From Macrostomum lignano (Eukaryota): a stretch of DNA of 64,000 nucleotides. The notes beneath the pieces were generated by a model that was not told the origin of the DNA, did not search any database, and saw only the letters and a list, made by a program, of their open reading frames with translations. Location of the stretch: contig NIVC01003585.1 in assembly GCA_002269645.1 (NCBI GenBank), forward strand, positions 25,485 to 89,484, written 5' to 3'. The position numbers were made by a program, and so were the translations under genes. Below, in pieces: positions 60,901-64,000 of this stretch (the stretch's first letter is position 1; each line of letters opens with the position of its first letter).

Positions 60901-63900
60901 CTCCCCTCAGGTCCTCAGCTTTGAGTAGTGTAGGACCGATTGGGCCGCTGCTCCCCTCAGGTCCTCAGCTTTGAGTAGTGTAGGACCGATTGGGCCGCTG
61001 CTCCCCTGAGGTCCTCAGCTTTGAGTAGTGTAGGACCGATTGGGCCGCTGCTCCCCTGAGGTCCTCAGCTTTGAGTAGTGTAGGACCGATTGGGCCGCTG
61101 CTCCCCTCAGGTCCTCAGCTTTGAGTAGTGTAGGACCGATTGGGCCGCTGCTCCCCTGAGGTCCTCAGCTTTGAGTAGTGTAGGACCGATTGGGCCGCTG
61201 CTCCCCTCAGGTCCTCAGCTTTGAGTAGTGTAGGACCGATTGGGCCGCTGCTCCCCTGAGGTCCTCAGCTTTGAGTAGTGTAGGACCGATTGGGCCGCTG
61301 CTCCCCTCAGGTCCTCAGCTTTGAGTAGTGTAGGACCGATTGGGCCGCTGCTCCCCTGAGGTCCTCAGCTTTGAGTAGTGTAGGACCGATTGGGCCGCTG
61401 CTCCCCTCAGGTCCTCAGCTTTGAGTAGTGTAGGACCGATTGGGCCGCTGCTCCCCTCAGGTCCTCAGCTTTGAGTAGTGTAGGACCGATTGGGCCGCTG
61501 CTCCCCTGAGGTCCTCAGCTTTGAGTAGTGTAGGACCGATTGGGCCGCTGCTCCCCTCAGGTCCTCAGCTTTGAGTAGTGTAGGACCGATTGGGCCGCTG
61601 CTCCCTGAGGTCCTCAGCTTTGAGTAGTGTAGGACCGATTGGGCCGCTGCTCCCCTGAGGTCCTCAGCTTTGAGTAGTGTAGGACCGATTGGGCCGCTGC
61701 TCCCCTCAGGTCCTCAGCTTTGAGTAGTGTAGGACCGATTGGGGCCGCTGCTCCCCTCAGGTCCTCAGCTTTGAGTAGTGTAGGACCGATTGGGCCGCTG
61801 CTCCCCTGAGGTCCTCAGCTTTGAGTAGTGTAGGACCGATTGGGCCGCTGCTCCCAGGTCCTCAGCTTTGAGTAGTGTAGGACCGATTGGGGCCGCTGCT
61901 CCCCTGAGGTCCTCAGCTTTGAGTAGTGTAGGACCGATTGGGCCGCTGCTCCCAGGTCCTCAGCTTTGAGTAGTGTAGGACCGATTGGGGCGCTGCTCCC
62001 CTGAGGTCCTCAGCTTTGAGTAGTGTAGGACCGATTGGGGCCGCTGCTCCCCTGAGGTCCTCAGCTTTGAGTAGTGTAGGACGATTGGGCCGCTGCTCCC
62101 CTGAGGTCCTCAGCTTTGAGTAGTGTAGGACCGATTGGGCCGCTGCTCCCTCAGGTCCTCAGCTTTGAGTAGTGTAGGACCGATTGGGGCCGCTGCTCCC
62201 CTCAGGTCCTCAGCTTTGAGTAGTGTAGGACCGATTGGGGCCGCTGCTCCCCTGAGGTCCTCAGCTTTGAGTAGTGTAGGACCGATTGGGCCGCTGCTCC
62301 CCCTGAGGTCCTCAGCTTTGAGTAGTGTAGGACCGATTGGGCCGCTGCTCCCCTGAGGTCCTCAGCTTTGAGTAGTGTAGGACCGATTGGGCCGCTGCTC
62401 CCCCTCAGGTCCTCAGCTTTGAGTAGTGTAGGACCGATTGGGCCGCTGCTCCCCTCAGGTCCTCAGCTTTGAGTAGTGTAGGACCGATTGGGCCGCTGCT
62501 CCCCTGAGGTCCTCAGCTTTGAGTAGTGTAGGACCGATTGGGCCGCTGCTCCCCTCAGGTCCTCAGCTTTGAGTAGTGTAGGACCGATTGGGGCCGCTGC
62601 TCCCTGAGGTCCTCAGCTTTGAGTAGTGTAGGACCGATTGGGCCGCTGCTCCCCTGAGGTCCTCAGCTTTGAGTAGTGTAGGACCGATTGGGCCGCTGCT
62701 CCCTCAGGTCCTCAGCTTTGAGTAGTGTAGGACCGATTGGGGCCGCTGCTCCCCTGAGGTCCTCAGCTTTGAGTAGTGTAGGACCGATTGGGCCGCTGCT
62801 CCCCTGAGGTCCTCAGCTTTGAGTAGTGTAGGACCGATTGGGGCCGCTGCTCCCCTCAGGTCCTCAGCTTTGAGTAGTGTAGGACCGATTGGGCCGCTGC
62901 TCCCCTGAGGTCCTCAGCTTTGAGTAGTGTAGGACCGATTGGGCCGCTGCTCCCCTCAGGTCCTCAGCTTTGAGTAGTGTAGGACCGATTGGGGCCGCTG
63001 CTCCCCTGAGGTCCTCAGCTTTGAGTAGTGTAGGACCGATTGGGCCGCTGCTCCCCTCAGGTCCTCAGCTTTGAGTAGTGTAGGACCGATTGGGCCGCTG
63101 CTCCCTAGGTCCTCAGCTTTGAGTAGTGTAGGACCGATTGGGCCGCTGCTCCCCTGAGGTCCTCAGCTTTGAGTAGTGTAGGACCGATTGGGCCGCTGCT
63201 CCCCTCAGGTCCTCAGCTTTGAGTAGTGTAGGACCGATTGGGCCGCTGCTCCCCTGAGGTCCTCAGCTTTGAGTAGTGTAGGACCGATTGGGCCGCTGCT
63301 CCCCTGAGTCCTCAGCTTTGAGTAGTGTAGGACCGATTGGGGCCGCTGCTCCCTCAGGTCCTCAGCTTTGAGTAGTGTAGGACGATTGGGGCCGCTGCTC
63401 CCTGAGGTCCTCAGCTTTGAGTAGTGTAGGACCGATTGGGCCGCTGCTCCCCTCAGGTCCTCAGCTTTGAGTAGTGTAGGACCGATTGGGCCGCTGCTCC
63501 CCTCAGGTCCTCAGCTTTGAGTAGTGTAGGACCGATTGGGGCCGCTGCTCCCCTCAGGTCCTCAGCTTTGAGTAGTGTAGGACCGATTGGGCCGCTGCTC
63601 CCCTCAGGTCCTCAGCTTTGAGTAGTGTAGGACCGATTGGGCCGCTGCTCCCCTGAGGTCCTCAGCTTTGAGTAGTGTAGGACCGATTGGGCCGCTGCTC
63701 CCTCAGGTCCTCAGCTTTGAGTAGTGTAGGACCGATTGGGGCCGCTGCTCCCCTCAGGTCCTCAGCTTTGAGTAGTGTAGGACGATTGGGCCGCTGCTCC
63801 CCTGAGGTCCTCAGCTTTGAGTAGTGTAGGACCGATTGGGCCGCTGCTCCCCTGAGGTCCTCAGCTTTGAGTAGTGTAGGACCGATTGGGCCGCTGCTCC

Positions 63901-64000
63901 CCTCAGGTCCTCAGCTTTGAGTAGTGTAGGACGATTGGGCCGCTGCTCCCCTAGGTCCTCAGCTTTGAGTAGTGTAGGACCGATTGGGCCGCTGCTCCCT
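54925..64000. repeat. 50-bp satellite array (GGACCGATTGGGCCGCTGCTCCCCTSAGGTCCTCAGCTTTGAGTAGTGTA), running off the window
   Basis: About 180 head-to-tail copies with no spacers. The main polymorphism is C/G at the centre of CCTNAGG. Small indels become more frequent after about 61.6 kb. Confidence 0.99.

Noticed and set aside
54925-64000. CRISPR-like appearance of the regular array (also 13320-13977 and 53596-54602)
   Set aside because: Units are head-to-tail with no unique spacers, there are no cas genes, and the context is eukaryotic.

Overview
This is repeat-rich eukaryotic (metazoan) genomic DNA, not prokaryotic. It has GT-AG introns, GC-rich exons and roughly half of the window in micro/minisatellites. 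That style suggests a free-living flatworm such as Macrostomum, which is an inference only. Well-supported genes: a 2-exon CFAP68/C11orf1-like gene (1926-3589 +); an intronless class A GPCR (10831-12150 +); a 10-exon furin/kexin-type proprotein convertase (23407-33203 +) with the full D-H-N-S catalytic set and most introns filled by different minisatellites; a 3-exon Srsx-like GPCR (35532-37070 -) with a 1-nt frameshift and a probable GC-AG intron; an intronless Ig-domain membrane protein (41064-42053 +); and an intronless type II membrane glycosyltransferase resembling the CAP59/GT69-like group (46465-47607 +). The ORF track misses a partly resolved AT-rich spliced gene on the minus strand (about 39.1-43.1 kb) that appears to host the Ig gene in an intron, and a weaker candidate at about 4.2-6.7 kb. 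Mobile elements: two hAT-type MITEs with 8-bp TSDs, a Mutator-like foldback with a 9-bp TSD, a tRNA-derived SINE with a CORE/Meta-like central domain, a decayed LINE 3' end and a decayed Crypton/DUF3504-like fragment. The last 9 kb is a 50-bp satellite with a binary C/G variant pattern. No CRISPR array, rRNA or bona fide tRNA gene was found. Most long ORFs in the track are repeat artefacts. All homology calls come from motif recognition by eye, not from database searches.
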